Numbered from the stretch's first letter, positions 8,549 through 17,562 are shown. The stretch is DNA of 41,974 nt from Candidatus Udaeobacter sp. (GCA_036502745.1 DASXYB010000048.1:1-41974), one strand, 5' to 3'. Translations and numbers: made by a program. The notes: generated by a model from the letters alone, not told the origin.

Positions 8549-9151
8549 TTAATCGAGATATTTGCTGAGCCGGGAACGGAGCTCGGTCCGAGCGCGAAAA
8601 AGTACGCTTTTTACCGCCGGCACGGAAAGATCGAGTACCACTGCGATTTGTTCGTAGCTCAACTGCTCATATCGGCGCAGCACCAGCGCCATCCGCTGGG
8701 TTTCCGGGAGCCGCTGGATTGCTTCCTCGATCGATTGCTGCAGTTCCGATTCCAAAAGGGACGCGTCCGGCGCGAGATTAGTCTCATCCTTTAAAGGAGG
8801 ATCCTCTACGCCGGGTTGTGATTGCAGCGGGACGTGAGGGCGACGCTTTGTGCGACGCATCTCGTTAAACACCAGGTTGCGTGTAATTTTCAACAGCCAC
8901 GTCGTAAACTTGGCGCGTGGAACATATCGGCGTGCGCTTTTCCAAACCCGGATAAAAACTTGCTGCGCGATGTCTTCCACATCAGAACTGCTGCCGAGCA
9001 TGCGTGCGACCGTGCCCGCCACCAACGTCTGATGCTTCTCGATGAGCTGCTCAAATGCCCGAGTATCGCCGCGGCCAACCAACTGCATTAACCGCACGTC
9101 ATCGGCATCTTCTTGCGATCTACCCTGGTTTCCTGGATCATTCTGAGACAT
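8549..9151 (-). CDS. ECF-type RNA polymerase sigma-70 factor
   Basis: Region 2 (AFEQL...H...V...DVEDIAQQVFIRVW...F.TWLL.ITRN) and region 4 (LP...R.A..LR..E.LSY.EIA..L..S..AVKS.L.RAR). Confidence 0.9.
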   Translation of the reverse strand: MSQNDPGNQGRSQEDADDVRLMQLVGRGDTRAFEQLIEKHQTLVAGTVARMLGSSSDVEDIAQQVFIRVWKSARRYVPRAKFTTWLLKITRNLVFNEMRRTKRRPHVPLQSQPGVEDPPLKDETNLAPDASLLESELQQSIEEAIQRLPETQRMALVLRRYEQLSYEQIAVVLDLSVPAVKSVLFRARTELRSRLSKYLD

Positions 9152-9157
9152 CGTGAT

Positions 9158-9185
9158 TTAGACGTTGGCACACGACAAAACTTGC
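9158..9185 (-). promoter_or_regulatory. Candidate ECF (sigma-E-like) promoter: GCAAGTT-N16-TCTAA, ending 6 nt before the sigma-factor ATG
   Basis: The minus strand reads GCAAGTT (9185-9179), a 16-nt spacer, then TCTAA (9162-9158). This resembles the GGAACTT-N16-TCTAA consensus recalled for RpoE-type promoters. It would imply a nearly leaderless mRNA. Confidence 0.25.
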
Positions 9186-9289
9186 CAGAAAATGCCGCTA
9201 GGTCGTCCACAATCCTCGTGGCCATCGTTTTTGTTGCAACCCGCTAGCCATCTGTGCATGCTTCACGCGCGATTAAGCAGAGGCTGCCG

Positions 9290-10444
9290 ATGAACTACCA
9301 ACTGATTCCGAAAGAACTCCGACCGATCGGGGAAAAGGTCGAGGCGCAGCAGCGGATTTCCGAAGGCGAGGCTCTGACGCTTTATGGAACAAATGATCTT
9401 AACGCCCTTGGAATAATCGCCAGCGTGGTGCGAGAGCGGAAGAACGGCAATTACGCCACCTATATTCATAATCGGTACATCAACTACTCAAACGTCTGTA
9501 TCTTATCGTGTCAGTTCTGCGCATTTGCCGCCAAGAAACGCGACGCCCACGCATTCGAATACGCAATTGATGAAATCGTTAAGGCGGTAACGGATGCGCT
9601 CCCTCTCGGGGTCACCGAGGTGCACATGGTCGGCGGGTTGCATCCGACTTTGAAAAAAGAGTGGTACCTCGATCTCTTGAAAAGACTCCGGGCGCTCGAT
9701 CCCCAGCTGCATATCAAAGCGTTTACTGCCATCGAAGTCCGCCATTTGGCCCAGCGAGTTTTCAAGATGCCGATTCGCAACACGCTGGAAATTCTTCGCG
9801 AAGTGGGGCTTGGTTCGATCACCGGCGGTGGTGCCGAGGTTTTCGATCCGACTGTGCGCGATCAAATCTGTCGCGGCAAAGAAACCGCTGCCGAATGGCT
9901 GGACGTGCATCGCACCTGGCATTCGATGGGCGGCCGCAGCACCTGCACGATGCTTTATGGACATATCGAAACGCTTGCTCATCGGGTTGATCATTTGCGT
10001 CAACTGCGGCAACTACAGGATGAGACCGGCGGGTTCACTGGGTTTGTTCCCTTTGCCTTCGAGCCAACCCAATCCCACAGCATGCTGTCCGACATCAAGC
10101 GCGCCTCGGCATTCGAGCAACTACGCAATCTCGCCGTGAGCCGCATTTACCTCGACAACATCGATCACCTGACGGCGTATTGGGTCAGCCTTGGATTGCC
10201 TCTCGCACAGGTCTCGTTGAGTTACGGCGTGGACGATCTCCACGGGACGATTCTCGAAGAGAAAATTTTCCACATGGCTGGCGCGACGACGCCGCAGCAG
10301 CAAACTATCGCCGCGCTTGAACATGCGATTCGCGAAGCTGGTCGAGACCCTGTCCAGCGCGACAGTCATTACCGGCATATTTCGGCGGGTTCAAAGATTG
10401 CAAAACAAATGACATCGCCGCATGCGGAGCTCGCCTGCGCGTAA
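9290..10444 (+). CDS. Radical-SAM menaquinone (futalosine pathway) enzyme, MqnE (aminofutalosine synthase) / MqnC family
   Basis: CILSCQFCAF (CxxxCxxC) cluster, preceded by NRYINYSNV. CofH/MqnC/MqnE-like length, and adjacent to mqnA. I prefer ATG 9290 over the GTG at 9254. Confidence 0.8.
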   Translation: MNYQLIPKELRPIGEKVEAQQRISEGEALTLYGTNDLNALGIIASVVRERKNGNYATYIHNRYINYSNVCILSCQFCAFAAKKRDAHAFEYAIDEIVKAVTDALPLGVTEVHMVGGLHPTLKKEWYLDLLKRLRALDPQLHIKAFTAIEVRHLAQRVFKMPIRNTLEILREVGLGSITGGGAEVFDPTVRDQICRGKETAAEWLDVHRTWHSMGGRSTCTMLYGHIETLAHRVDHLRQLRQLQDETGGFTGFVPFAFEPTQSHSMLSDIKRASAFEQLRNLAVSRIYLDNIDHLTAYWVSLGLPLAQVSLSYGVDDLHGTILEEKIFHMAGATTPQQQTIAALEHAIREAGRDPVQRDSHYRHISAGSKIAKQMTSPHAELACA

Positions 10445-10484
10445 ATGACCGTGCCCGAATTGTAGCCGCATCTGTGTCAGACGC

Positions 10485-11321
10485 GTGATTGTCTTGGCGT
10501 TTCACAGAAACGCCCTACAAACATTGGTTTCGTTGAAATCTGTCCGCGTCGGTTGCGTTAAGTATTTGAACGCTCGTCCGCTCATTCGAGGGTGGCCGGG
10601 CAATGTTGAGTTCGACCATCCGTTCGCTTTGTGTCAGCGACTCGCGAAAGGCCAGCTCGACGTCGCGCTTGTTTCCAGCTTCGAATTTCTGCGCAATCCC
10701 ATCTATCGCATTGTTGATGACGTTTCCATGTCATCCGACGGCCCCGTTTACAGCGTGGTGGTCGCGTACCGTGGCGAGTTCTCTAACATCAAGGAAATCG
10801 AACTTGATCCGGCATCTGAAACTGCGGCCAATCTCTTACGTTGTCTTCTAGCGGAGCTTGAATTGACCCCTCGTCTGACCAGCCATACTCCCGAGAGCAC
10901 AGGGTCACATCGTGCGCGTCTCATCATCGGCGATCAAGCGATTCGCTTCCGACAAGATCACTCCGGTGAATTTCGGTTCTGGGATCTTGGTGAGGAATGG
11001 AAGAAACTTACCGGCCTTCCCTTTGTTTACGCACTTTGGCTGATCCGGCCAGAAGTCCCAGATGCAAAGTCGATTGCTCAACGCTTACGCGCATTACGGG
11101 ATGAAAATGTTTCCGAAATCCAAGTCGTCGTGGCAGAGGGTGTGGCGGATGCCGCTGATAGCAAACAGGAACTGACGCAGGAATTCCTCGATCGTTATTA
11201 CAACAAACATCTCCGATTCGGCTTTGGAACTCTGGAAAAGCAAGCGTTGCAGACTTTTGCGGATCTTTGCTCGAAATTCGGAGTGCTGCCAAAGCTATCG
11301 CGCGAGTTTAGCCTCGTGTAA
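10485..11321 (+). CDS. mqnA: Chorismate dehydratase MqnA (start uncertain; TTG 10533 is plausible)
   Basis: N-terminal VRVGCVKYLNARPL, plus PFVYALW and periplasmic-binding-protein-like length. Adjacent to the radical-SAM Mqn gene. Confidence 0.8.
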   Translation: MIVLAFHRNALQTLVSLKSVRVGCVKYLNARPLIRGWPGNVEFDHPFALCQRLAKGQLDVALVSSFEFLRNPIYRIVDDVSMSSDGPVYSVVVAYRGEFSNIKEIELDPASETAANLLRCLLAELELTPRLTSHTPESTGSHRARLIIGDQAIRFRQDHSGEFRFWDLGEEWKKLTGLPFVYALWLIRPEVPDAKSIAQRLRALRDENVSEIQVVVAEGVADAADSKQELTQEFLDRYYNKHLRFGFGTLEKQALQTFADLCSKFGVLPKLSREFSLV

Positions 11322-11368
11322 AAATCTCGTCGGTCCGAGCGAGTCGTTCCGCAATCCGATGTGAAAAA

Positions 11369-11875
11369 TCAATGCTTCGCATCTATTAAACCAAGGTCGA
11401 CGTCATAAAGCTGCCAGGCTGAGCCTGTGAAATGGAACCGAAGCTTGATTCCATCACGATCGACGACAAAACTGCGTGGCCCCGTGAAGAACGCGTATTT
11501 CACTTTGGATAAATCTTCGTTTTTAACGAGTTGGAAATGGAACTCTCGCGGGGCTTTCAGGTTCTTCAGCGCTTCGGGATTTGAAAGCAATGCCGCGATT
11601 CCCTCAGGTGTCACGTAAGCATCTATGATCGCATCGATGAGCGTTGGCCCGAGATTACTCCAGCGCTTGTGACTGCCGGTCTGCTTAGCGAAACGCGCCA
11701 CCAGTTGCCTTTTCAGGGAAGCTCGCACTGCAGGAAAATCAACGCGCGCACTGATTGCGGCGGCATCGCGAGATCGAACGGCGTTCGTGAATCGCCAAAA
11801 GGAAAAGTAAGGCGACGCGCCGTAAACCAGCAGAAGGGCAACGCAGAGGATCACGAGCCAGCGGACAAGTTTCAT
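11369..11875 (-). CDS. DUF2939-like membrane-anchored protein
   Basis: N-terminal TM segment followed by SPYFSFWRF..AV.SRDAAAIS.RVDFPAVRASLK.QL, the pattern I recall for DUF2939. Confidence 0.6.
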   Translation of the reverse strand: MKLVRWLVILCVALLLVYGASPYFSFWRFTNAVRSRDAAAISARVDFPAVRASLKRQLVARFAKQTGSHKRWSNLGPTLIDAIIDAYVTPEGIAALLSNPEALKNLKAPREFHFQLVKNEDLSKVKYAFFTGPRSFVVDRDGIKLRFHFTGSAWQLYDVDLGLIDAKH

Positions 11876-11889
11876 TTCAGCGCGATCAG

Positions 11890-12837
11890 TTAATCACGTT
11901 CGACCTGTTGTTGGATATGGTGCACCATCGCTACCGCAGCAATCAGAACGATAGCTGCGATTACCTGATGCGCGTGAAGATTGGCGTGGAAGAAACCCCA
12001 GGTGATGCAGACTGCAGCAAGCGTTTGCATCATTTCAAAGTAACCCGCTGTGGATGCGCGCGTGAGATGCAGTCCCTGAAAATAAAACAGGAGCGGAACG
12101 CCGCCTGAGATCGACGCCAGAAAAAGCAACAACACGATGGCCTTCCTCGCATGCGCCTGCGCGGCTTCCGGCCAGAGCGCCGCGCCGTTCAGTTTTCCGT
12201 AGGCCAAAAGAATAACCGTCATGCAAGCGAGTCCGATGAGAATGCGCAGGCTGGAAGCGAGTCGCAGTGACATGCCAACCATCACACCGCGTCCGGCGAC
12301 GGTGGAAAGACCCCAAAATAATGCGCAGATCAGCGCGTACCCCGTGCCCACGTTCAGGCCCGCGAGCTCAAATGAAACTCCGATCTGCGTCGGATACGCA
12401 ACCGACACAAACACGCCTGCGACAATTGCGATCCCAGCGTAAAGGAAGAATCGGCGAGCGAGGCGATCACCGAAAAGCAAAAACGCGCCGAGCGTTGAGA
12501 TAACGGGCTGAATGTTCAGCACCACATTTACCACCGTTGGATTGCCGTACTTCAGCGCCAGTGTGAAAAAAATCGTGCCCACCGCAGAACCGGCGAACCC
12601 CGAGAAAATCAAGAAGGCCCATGTGCGTGGGCGCACTCTCGGGATTTCATCCAGTCGCGAGATTAGAATCGGCAGGAACATGATGAGGATGAAAACGTGT
12701 TCCCAAAAAACGATTACTTTTGCATCGAACAATTCGTTTAACGGGATGCGCCACGCGCTTTCTGTTCCCCACAGCGCAGCGCCAAGGGCAACCAACCAGG
12801 GGCCGTAGGTTGCTGTAGGTGTTTTGGAATTCTGCAT
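11890..12837 (-). CDS. EamA/DMT-family transporter
   Basis: About 10 TM segments in two repeated halves; typical drug/metabolite-transporter composition. Confidence 0.75.
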   Translation of the reverse strand: MQNSKTPTATYGPWLVALGAALWGTESAWRIPLNELFDAKVIVFWEHVFILIMFLPILISRLDEIPRVRPRTWAFLIFSGFAGSAVGTIFFTLALKYGNPTVVNVVLNIQPVISTLGAFLLFGDRLARRFFLYAGIAIVAGVFVSVAYPTQIGVSFELAGLNVGTGYALICALFWGLSTVAGRGVMVGMSLRLASSLRILIGLACMTVILLAYGKLNGAALWPEAAQAHARKAIVLLLFLASISGGVPLLFYFQGLHLTRASTAGYFEMMQTLAAVCITWGFFHANLHAHQVIAAIVLIAAVAMVHHIQQQVERD

Positions 12838-12973
12838 CGGCCTAGTCTAAATTGCTGGCGCTACCGCTATCTCATCGGCATCAAACATCCAACTTGGAAT
12901 TGAATGCCCAGCATTGTTAGTTGGTTCAGCCTTCAGTGCTTTTTCGTCGTAAATTGAAACGAAAACATTGACG

Positions 12974-13020
12974 CCACAATTTATAGTGTGGTAATTAGCC
13001 CCAGACACTATGCGTTGCCC
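12974..13020 (+). promoter_or_regulatory. Two candidate NrdR boxes with starts 31 bp apart; the second overlaps the nrdR ATG
   Basis: CCACAATTTATAGTGT (12974-12989) matches the recalled consensus acaCwAtATaTwGtgt at 14/16 positions. ACACTATGCGTTGCCC (13005-13020) matches at 10/16, with a perfect left half. Confidence 0.45.
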
Positions 13021-13576
13021 CAAATGCGGGTCGCGTGACGACAAAGTCATCGATTCCCGTCAATCGCGCGACGGTTCCAGCATCCGTCGTCGCCGCCAGT
13101 GTCTAAAATGCAAATACCGTTACACCACGTACGAGGAGGTCGAACGTTCGGATCTGCGCGTCATCAAAGCCAACAGAACACACGAGCCGTTCGATCGTCG
13201 CAAACTTGCTGCCAGCATCGCCAAAGCCTTCGAAAAGCGTTCGACGAGTTTGCTTACGTTGGAGGACATGGTGGACCACATTGTGCACGAACTGGAGACC
13301 AGCGGACGCGAAGTTTCCTCCTCGCTCATCGGAGCGCGAGTGCTCGAAAAGCTGCGCGAAATCGATGAGGTCGCTTACTTGCGCTACGCCTCGGTTTACC
13401 AGCGCTTTCAGGATGTCGACCAATTCGTGGATGCCATCCACACATTGGGACGCCGAATCAAATCAAATGCGCTACAGCGCGAATTGTTTCCTCCTGAAAC
13501 AATGAAAGAGAGCGCGAACGTGAACATCGCTCGCCGTTCCCGCGAGCACGCAATAAAAAATCATGGTCGCGTTTAA
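13010..13576 (+). CDS. nrdR: Transcriptional repressor NrdR (zinc ribbon plus ATP-cone), with an extended C-terminus
   Basis: MRCPKCGSRDDKVIDSR...IRRRRQCLKCKYRYTTYE, then an ATP-cone (V.K..G..E.F.R.KL). Confidence 0.95.
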   Translation: MRCPKCGSRDDKVIDSRQSRDGSSIRRRRQCLKCKYRYTTYEEVERSDLRVIKANRTHEPFDRRKLAASIAKAFEKRSTSLLTLEDMVDHIVHELETSGREVSSSLIGARVLEKLREIDEVAYLRYASVYQRFQDVDQFVDAIHTLGRRIKSNALQRELFPPETMKESANVNIARRSREHAIKNHGRV

Positions 13577-14123
13577 GGAAGAATTTCCATACCTTCGGAC
13601 AACCTCCGGACAGCTTTTCGAGTTTAATCGTGACTGGCTTCACGCTGCCCTCACGCGGGCCGCTAACGAAGCGGGTTACCCCGGCTGGTGGCTCACCGAA
13701 CACGTGACCGAAAGCATTGCGTTTTATCTGCACCTGCGAAATGACGAAAACGTGGTCGCTTTCAACCAGCTCTCGCAAACGGTGCGCGACGTGTTAGAGG
13801 CGATTGGATACAAAGAGATTTGTCGGCACTTTACGCCCGCACCGCCGCCCGTTTCTCTTTCATTAGTAGAAATTGCTTATTGTGCTGGTGCAGGCTACGA
13901 GCTTGCGTTTTTCGGTTTATTGGAAAAACGAATCGAGGCGTTGATTGATGCCGGCGCTGACAACCTTCGCCTTTCGACGCTGCAACTCTGTGTAAAGCAT
14001 CTCCGCGGCACGAAAACATGGACACGCGCCTGCGACGCATTGCGCGAGGAAATTGTCTGCTTCGTCCGCGAAAAGCTGGCGTTCGCTACCAATCGGGCAC
14101 GGCTTGATTGTTCGCTCCGCTAA
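13563..14123 (+). CDS. Hypothetical protein (186 aa)
   Basis: Long ORF overlapping the nrdR end by 14 nt. No motif recognised. Confidence 0.5.
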   Translation: MVAFKEEFPYLRTTSGQLFEFNRDWLHAALTRAANEAGYPGWWLTEHVTESIAFYLHLRNDENVVAFNQLSQTVRDVLEAIGYKEICRHFTPAPPPVSLSLVEIAYCAGAGYELAFFGLLEKRIEALIDAGADNLRLSTLQLCVKHLRGTKTWTRACDALREEIVCFVREKLAFATNRARLDCSLR

Positions 14124-14139
14124 TGAAACGCTAGAGCTG

Positions 14140-14475
14140 ATGACGATCTTTGAGAAAATAATCGGTCGCCAAATTCCGGCCAAAATCATTTGGGAAGACG
14201 AGGACGCCATTGCGTTTCACGACGTTGATCCCCAGGCGCCAGTGCATGTTCTGATCGTGCCGAAGAAACCCGTTTCGCGTCTCGCGGACGCGACCGATGC
14301 GGACGCTGCATTGCTCGGTAAACTGCTTCTGGTCGCGCGCGACGTGGCGAAGGAGTTGGAGCTTTCCAGTGGGTATCGAGTCGTGATCAATTGCGGACCT
14401 GATGCAGGTGAAAGCGTGCCGCATCTGCACGTGCATTTACTCGGTAAGCGCGCATTGGCATGGCCTCCTGGATAA
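14140..14475 (+). CDS. HIT-family (histidine triad) nucleotide hydrolase
   Basis: MTIFEKIIGRQIPAKIIWEDEDAIAFHDV.PQAPVHVLIVPK and HLHVHLLG. ATG 14140 gives the normal length. Confidence 0.9.
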   Translation: MTIFEKIIGRQIPAKIIWEDEDAIAFHDVDPQAPVHVLIVPKKPVSRLADATDADAALLGKLLLVARDVAKELELSSGYRVVINCGPDAGESVPHLHVHLLGKRALAWPPG

Positions 14476-14531
14476 AAGGTAAAATCTAATTCCCGAGGGA
14501 CGCTTTTTTGAGGCAGCAGCCCCGAAGAGCG

Positions 14532-14819
14532 CTACTCACGCACAAGCATCCAATCAATTCCGATAATGCGCTTTTCGGCAAAGCGCTTCAGCGATTTTGG
14601 AAAGATTAGATATCGCGCTTCCTTGCTTTCCTTAAAGCCCACTATCCCACAATCGGTTCCGCTTTCGCTCTTCAGGATTGTCATCAAACGAGTTTTCTTG
14701 ATTTGCGCCTGGAGGTGGCGGTCAGCGGACGGCTTCTGCCACAGTGTGTAAACCTGCGGCTTACCGCACTTTTCGACTATCTGGGTGAAGCGCGCCGTTT
14801 TGATCTTGAGAAGTTTCAT
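14532..14819 (-). CDS. Hypothetical small protein (95 aa from ATG 14819; the track ORF starts at TTG 14825)
   Basis: ORF only; no motif recognised. It is preceded by a structured leader (see the terminator-like feature). Confidence 0.45.
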   Translation of the reverse strand: MKLLKIKTARFTQIVEKCGKPQVYTLWQKPSADRHLQAQIKKTRLMTILKSESGTDCGIVGFKESKEARYLIFPKSLKRFAEKRIIGIDWMLVRE

Positions 14820-14863
14820 TGCCAATCACTGGGATCCGGGCAGGAGTGACGCTGCTGCTCATC

Positions 14864-14935
14864 AAAAAAGAAGCCCGCCAGAGAACTACGGCAAAGAGGA
14901 TCATACTACCGTTGCTGCATTCCTGCCCTGGCGGG
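14864..14935 (-). terminator. Terminator-like element on the minus strand: 8-bp stem CCCGCCAG/CTGGCGGG (46-nt interior) followed by CTTCTTTTTT
   Basis: Stem arms lie at 14928-14935 and 14874-14881, and the T-run is the complement of 14864-14873. The unusually long loop lowers confidence. Confidence 0.3.
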
Positions 14936-15098
14936 ATTCGTAAGTCCTCAATCCATAGCCCCTGACGGAGGAGAAATTTCCTCGCCCCAAAGAGATGCGC
15001 AACTGAAAACGCAGCACCATGTCGATACGATTGTCTGCGCAGTTCTGTAACGCATCAGCGCATTGACAATGTATCGCGCTTCTGTTTGCATCGAGCGC

Positions 15099-15314
15099 GT
15101 GAAACTACTCGCGTTTCTCTTGGTTGCTTTTGTTTTGGTTGCCGCGACATCGTGCACAACTCTGGTAAATCGGCGTGATCTTTACAGCCCCGAACCTGGG
15201 CCTGATTCGCTAGAAGCGGCCCGGCAGTGGTACGGCGGGACGACCATAAGCACGACGACAATCCGAACACAAAGAGCACCGGGCGACATCGCTGCGCCGG
15301 ACTTTCGTTACTAA
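15099..15314 (+). CDS. Small putative lipoprotein (start GTG 15099 or ATG 15063)
   Basis: Signal-peptide-like KLLAFLLVAFVLVAATSC with a lipobox-like Cys. Short Thr/Pro-rich mature part. Confidence 0.45.
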   Translation: MKLLAFLLVAFVLVAATSCTTLVNRRDLYSPEPGPDSLEAARQWYGGTTISTTTIRTQRAPGDIAAPDFRY

Positions 15315-15325
15315 CCTGCAGTCCG

Positions 15326-15535
15326 TCAGCCGAAAGGAAGATTCGCCTTTACTCGCGCCACGTCTGTATTGTCCACGCGCGCTGCTTTGGCCAGCCGGCG
15401 TTTGCGCTTCGCGCTTTTCGACGACAACAAATGGCGCCGCGAGGAACGCGCCCTCAAGACCTTGCCAGTGGCAGTGATCTTGAAGCGTTTCGCCACTGCT
15501 TTGCGCGTTTTACTGCGTGCAATAGGCTTCGGCAT
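15326..15535 (-). CDS. rpmI: 50S ribosomal protein L35
   Basis: MPK..ARSKTRKAVAKRFKITATGKV.R....RRH.L..KS.KRKR.L is a typical L35. Confidence 0.9.
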   Translation of the reverse strand: MPKPIARSKTRKAVAKRFKITATGKVLRARSSRRHLLSSKSAKRKRRLAKAARVDNTDVARVKANLPFG

Positions 15536-15654
15536 AAGGCGGGAAAGTTAATTCGGTCAGACGCAATGACAAACGCTTTGTTGTAGGGGCCTTGGTCTGA
15601 CGATCGAATAGGCCTCGCTGGCGCTGGCGAGTCAAACATCGTACAATTTGTTGG

Positions 15655-16935
15655 ATGCAATCTCCAGCACCGAAACAGCCGCAGGTGATCATTGTCGGTG
15701 CAGGCTTTGGCGGCCTTGAGGCAGCGAAGAAGCTTGCCTGCGAAGATGTGCGTCTAACGCTAATCGACCGCACAAATTACCACCTTTTTCAGCCTTTACT
15801 CTATCAGGTGGCAACGGCGGCGCTCTCGCCCGCCGACATTGCCGGCCCGGTCCGGGCAATCTTAAGCAAATGCAACAACGTCGAAGTCATCCTCGCGGAG
15901 GTAGAGTCTGTCGATCTCAAAGCCAGAAAAGTAATAACGAAAGATCGCGTATTCGACTATGACTATCTCATCCTCGCGACTGGCGCGCGGCACTCCTACT
16001 TCGGGCATGACGATTGGGAAAGACTTGCCCCGGGATTAAAGAGTCTTGAAGACGCGGTTGAGCTACGCCGGCGGATTCTTTTAGCATTCGAATACGCGGA
16101 AAAAATTGAAGACGAAGCGGCCCGCAATGCGGCAATGACGTTCGTGATCATCGGCGGTGGTCCGACTGGTGTTGAGATGGCTGGTGCGATCGCCGAAATA
16201 TCGCGCTACACGCTCGCCAAAGACTTTCGTCACATCGATCCGTCACAGGCACGCGTGATTCTCATCGAAGGCGCGCCGCGGCTGCTCGCCGCGTATCCAC
16301 CAGACTTGTCCGAGAGCGCGCGAAAACAGTTGCTCGAACTCGGCGTAGAAGTGCGCACGAACGCACGCGCGACGAATATTACCGAGGAAGGTGTACAAGT
16401 GGACGGCGAATTTATTCCGTGCCGGGTGAAAATCTGGGCGGCCGGCAATCTTGCTTCGTTCGTCGGGAAAACGCTCGGTGCACCGGTTGACCGCGTCGGC
16501 CGAGTTATTGTGAACGACGATCTTACCGTTCCTGGACATCCGGAAGTCCAGGTGATTGGTGATCTGGCAAACTTTTCGCATCAGACTGGCGAGCCGTTGC
16601 CTGGAGTCTCGCCCGTAGCGATGCAACAAGGGAGACACGCAGCTCGCAATGTTCTGCGAATGATCCGCGGCGAAAAGCCGAAGCCTTTTCGGTATTTCGA
16701 CAAGGGAAGCATGGCTACGATCGGACGCAATAAGGCCGTAGCGGATCTAAAATTTTTTCATCTCAGCCGGCTTCCCGCGTGGCTGACATGGTTATTCGTG
16801 CACATCATCTTCCTTGTCGGGTTCCGAAATCGGCTGCTCGTACTTCTTCAATGGGCGTGGGCCTATTTGACCTTCGACAAAGGCGCACGTTTGATTACGC
16901 GGAATTTTCAGTCGGAACAGAGGCCGCCAGCGTGA
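15655..16935 (+). CDS. ndh: Type II NADH dehydrogenase (NDH-2) family FAD-dependent oxidoreductase
   Basis: Two dinucleotide folds (VIIVGAGFGGLEAA; FVIIGGGPTGVEMAG), YDYLILATGA, and a C-terminal membrane-anchor helix. Confidence 0.85.
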   Translation: MQSPAPKQPQVIIVGAGFGGLEAAKKLACEDVRLTLIDRTNYHLFQPLLYQVATAALSPADIAGPVRAILSKCNNVEVILAEVESVDLKARKVITKDRVFDYDYLILATGARHSYFGHDDWERLAPGLKSLEDAVELRRRILLAFEYAEKIEDEAARNAAMTFVIIGGGPTGVEMAGAIAEISRYTLAKDFRHIDPSQARVILIEGAPRLLAAYPPDLSESARKQLLELGVEVRTNARATNITEEGVQVDGEFIPCRVKIWAAGNLASFVGKTLGAPVDRVGRVIVNDDLTVPGHPEVQVIGDLANFSHQTGEPLPGVSPVAMQQGRHAARNVLRMIRGEKPKPFRYFDKGSMATIGRNKAVADLKFFHLSRLPAWLTWLFVHIIFLVGFRNRLLVLLQWAWAYLTFDKGARLITRNFQSEQRPPA

Positions 16936-17027
16936 AAAGCAATATCATGTTGAGCGAAGCGAAACATCTTCGATTATTTTTTCGTTCGCGCAGCAGCGAC
17001 GATGGAGATTCTTCGAGTCTCTCCAAA

Positions 17028-17471
17028 ATGACAATTCCGAAAATCGCCGTGCACAATCGGCAGCGAAAAATCTCACTCAATGTTGCCGAACTCGAAAATT
17101 TCGCAGGCCAGGCCCTGCAACATTCTTTGCAATTGCATCAACCACAGCAAACTGACTTGCGCAAGCTGAGTGAAATATTCATTTGGTTGATTTCAGATCG
17201 GCGGATGGCGCTTTTGCATCAGAAGTTTCTCGGACAATCGGGGCCGACTGACGTTATGACGTTTCAACACGGCGAACTTTTTATCAGTGTCGACACCGCG
17301 CGACGCCATGCGCAAGCTTTTGAAAATTCGCTCCTACGCGAGTTGAAGCTGTACATCGTGCATGGGCTTCTACATCTGCACGGTTTCGACGATCAGACCC
17401 CGAGCGAAGCACACAACATGAAAGACGCGCAGGAGAGGATTCTTACGGTCTGTAGCGGCGCCGCTTCGTGA
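17028..17471 (+). CDS. ybeY: rRNA maturation endoribonuclease YbeY
   Basis: GPTDVMTF and HGLLHLHGFDD zinc motif. ATG 17028 gives about 147 aa. The longer track ORF from 16779 overlaps ndh. Confidence 0.88.
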   Translation: MTIPKIAVHNRQRKISLNVAELENFAGQALQHSLQLHQPQQTDLRKLSEIFIWLISDRRMALLHQKFLGQSGPTDVMTFQHGELFISVDTARRHAQAFENSLLRELKLYIVHGLLHLHGFDDQTPSEAHNMKDAQERILTVCSGAAS

Positions 17472-17562
17472 ACGCCGAGCCATCTCGCTGCCTGCACAAT
17501 CGATCAGGCCCCGACCGCTGCTACAGGTTTGAACTGACCGCTGCGTATGTTAGCATTTTTTA

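Noticed and set aside
12954-12997. Sigma-70 promoter hexamers near nrdR (TTGACG at 12968; TATAGT at 12982; TAATTA at 12992)
   Set aside because: No -35/-10 pair has acceptable spacing and match quality: 8 nt or 22 nt for TATAGT, and only a 2/6 match for the 18-nt-spaced TAATTA. Not called.
14874-14938. ZTP (pfl) riboswitch, based on CCGCCAGGGCA
   Set aside because: Only the 3' sub-motif is approximated. The conserved 5' GACUGGCG-type half is absent upstream, and the downstream gene is not purine- or folate-related.
16779-17027. Long N-terminal extensions of track ORFs: ybeY from 16779, HIT from 14053, rplY from 35981, topoisomerase from 32616, desaturase from 36917
   Set aside because: The extensions overlap neighbouring genes or add non-conserved Cys/Arg-rich sequence. 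Internal ATGs give family-typical lengths and N-termini.
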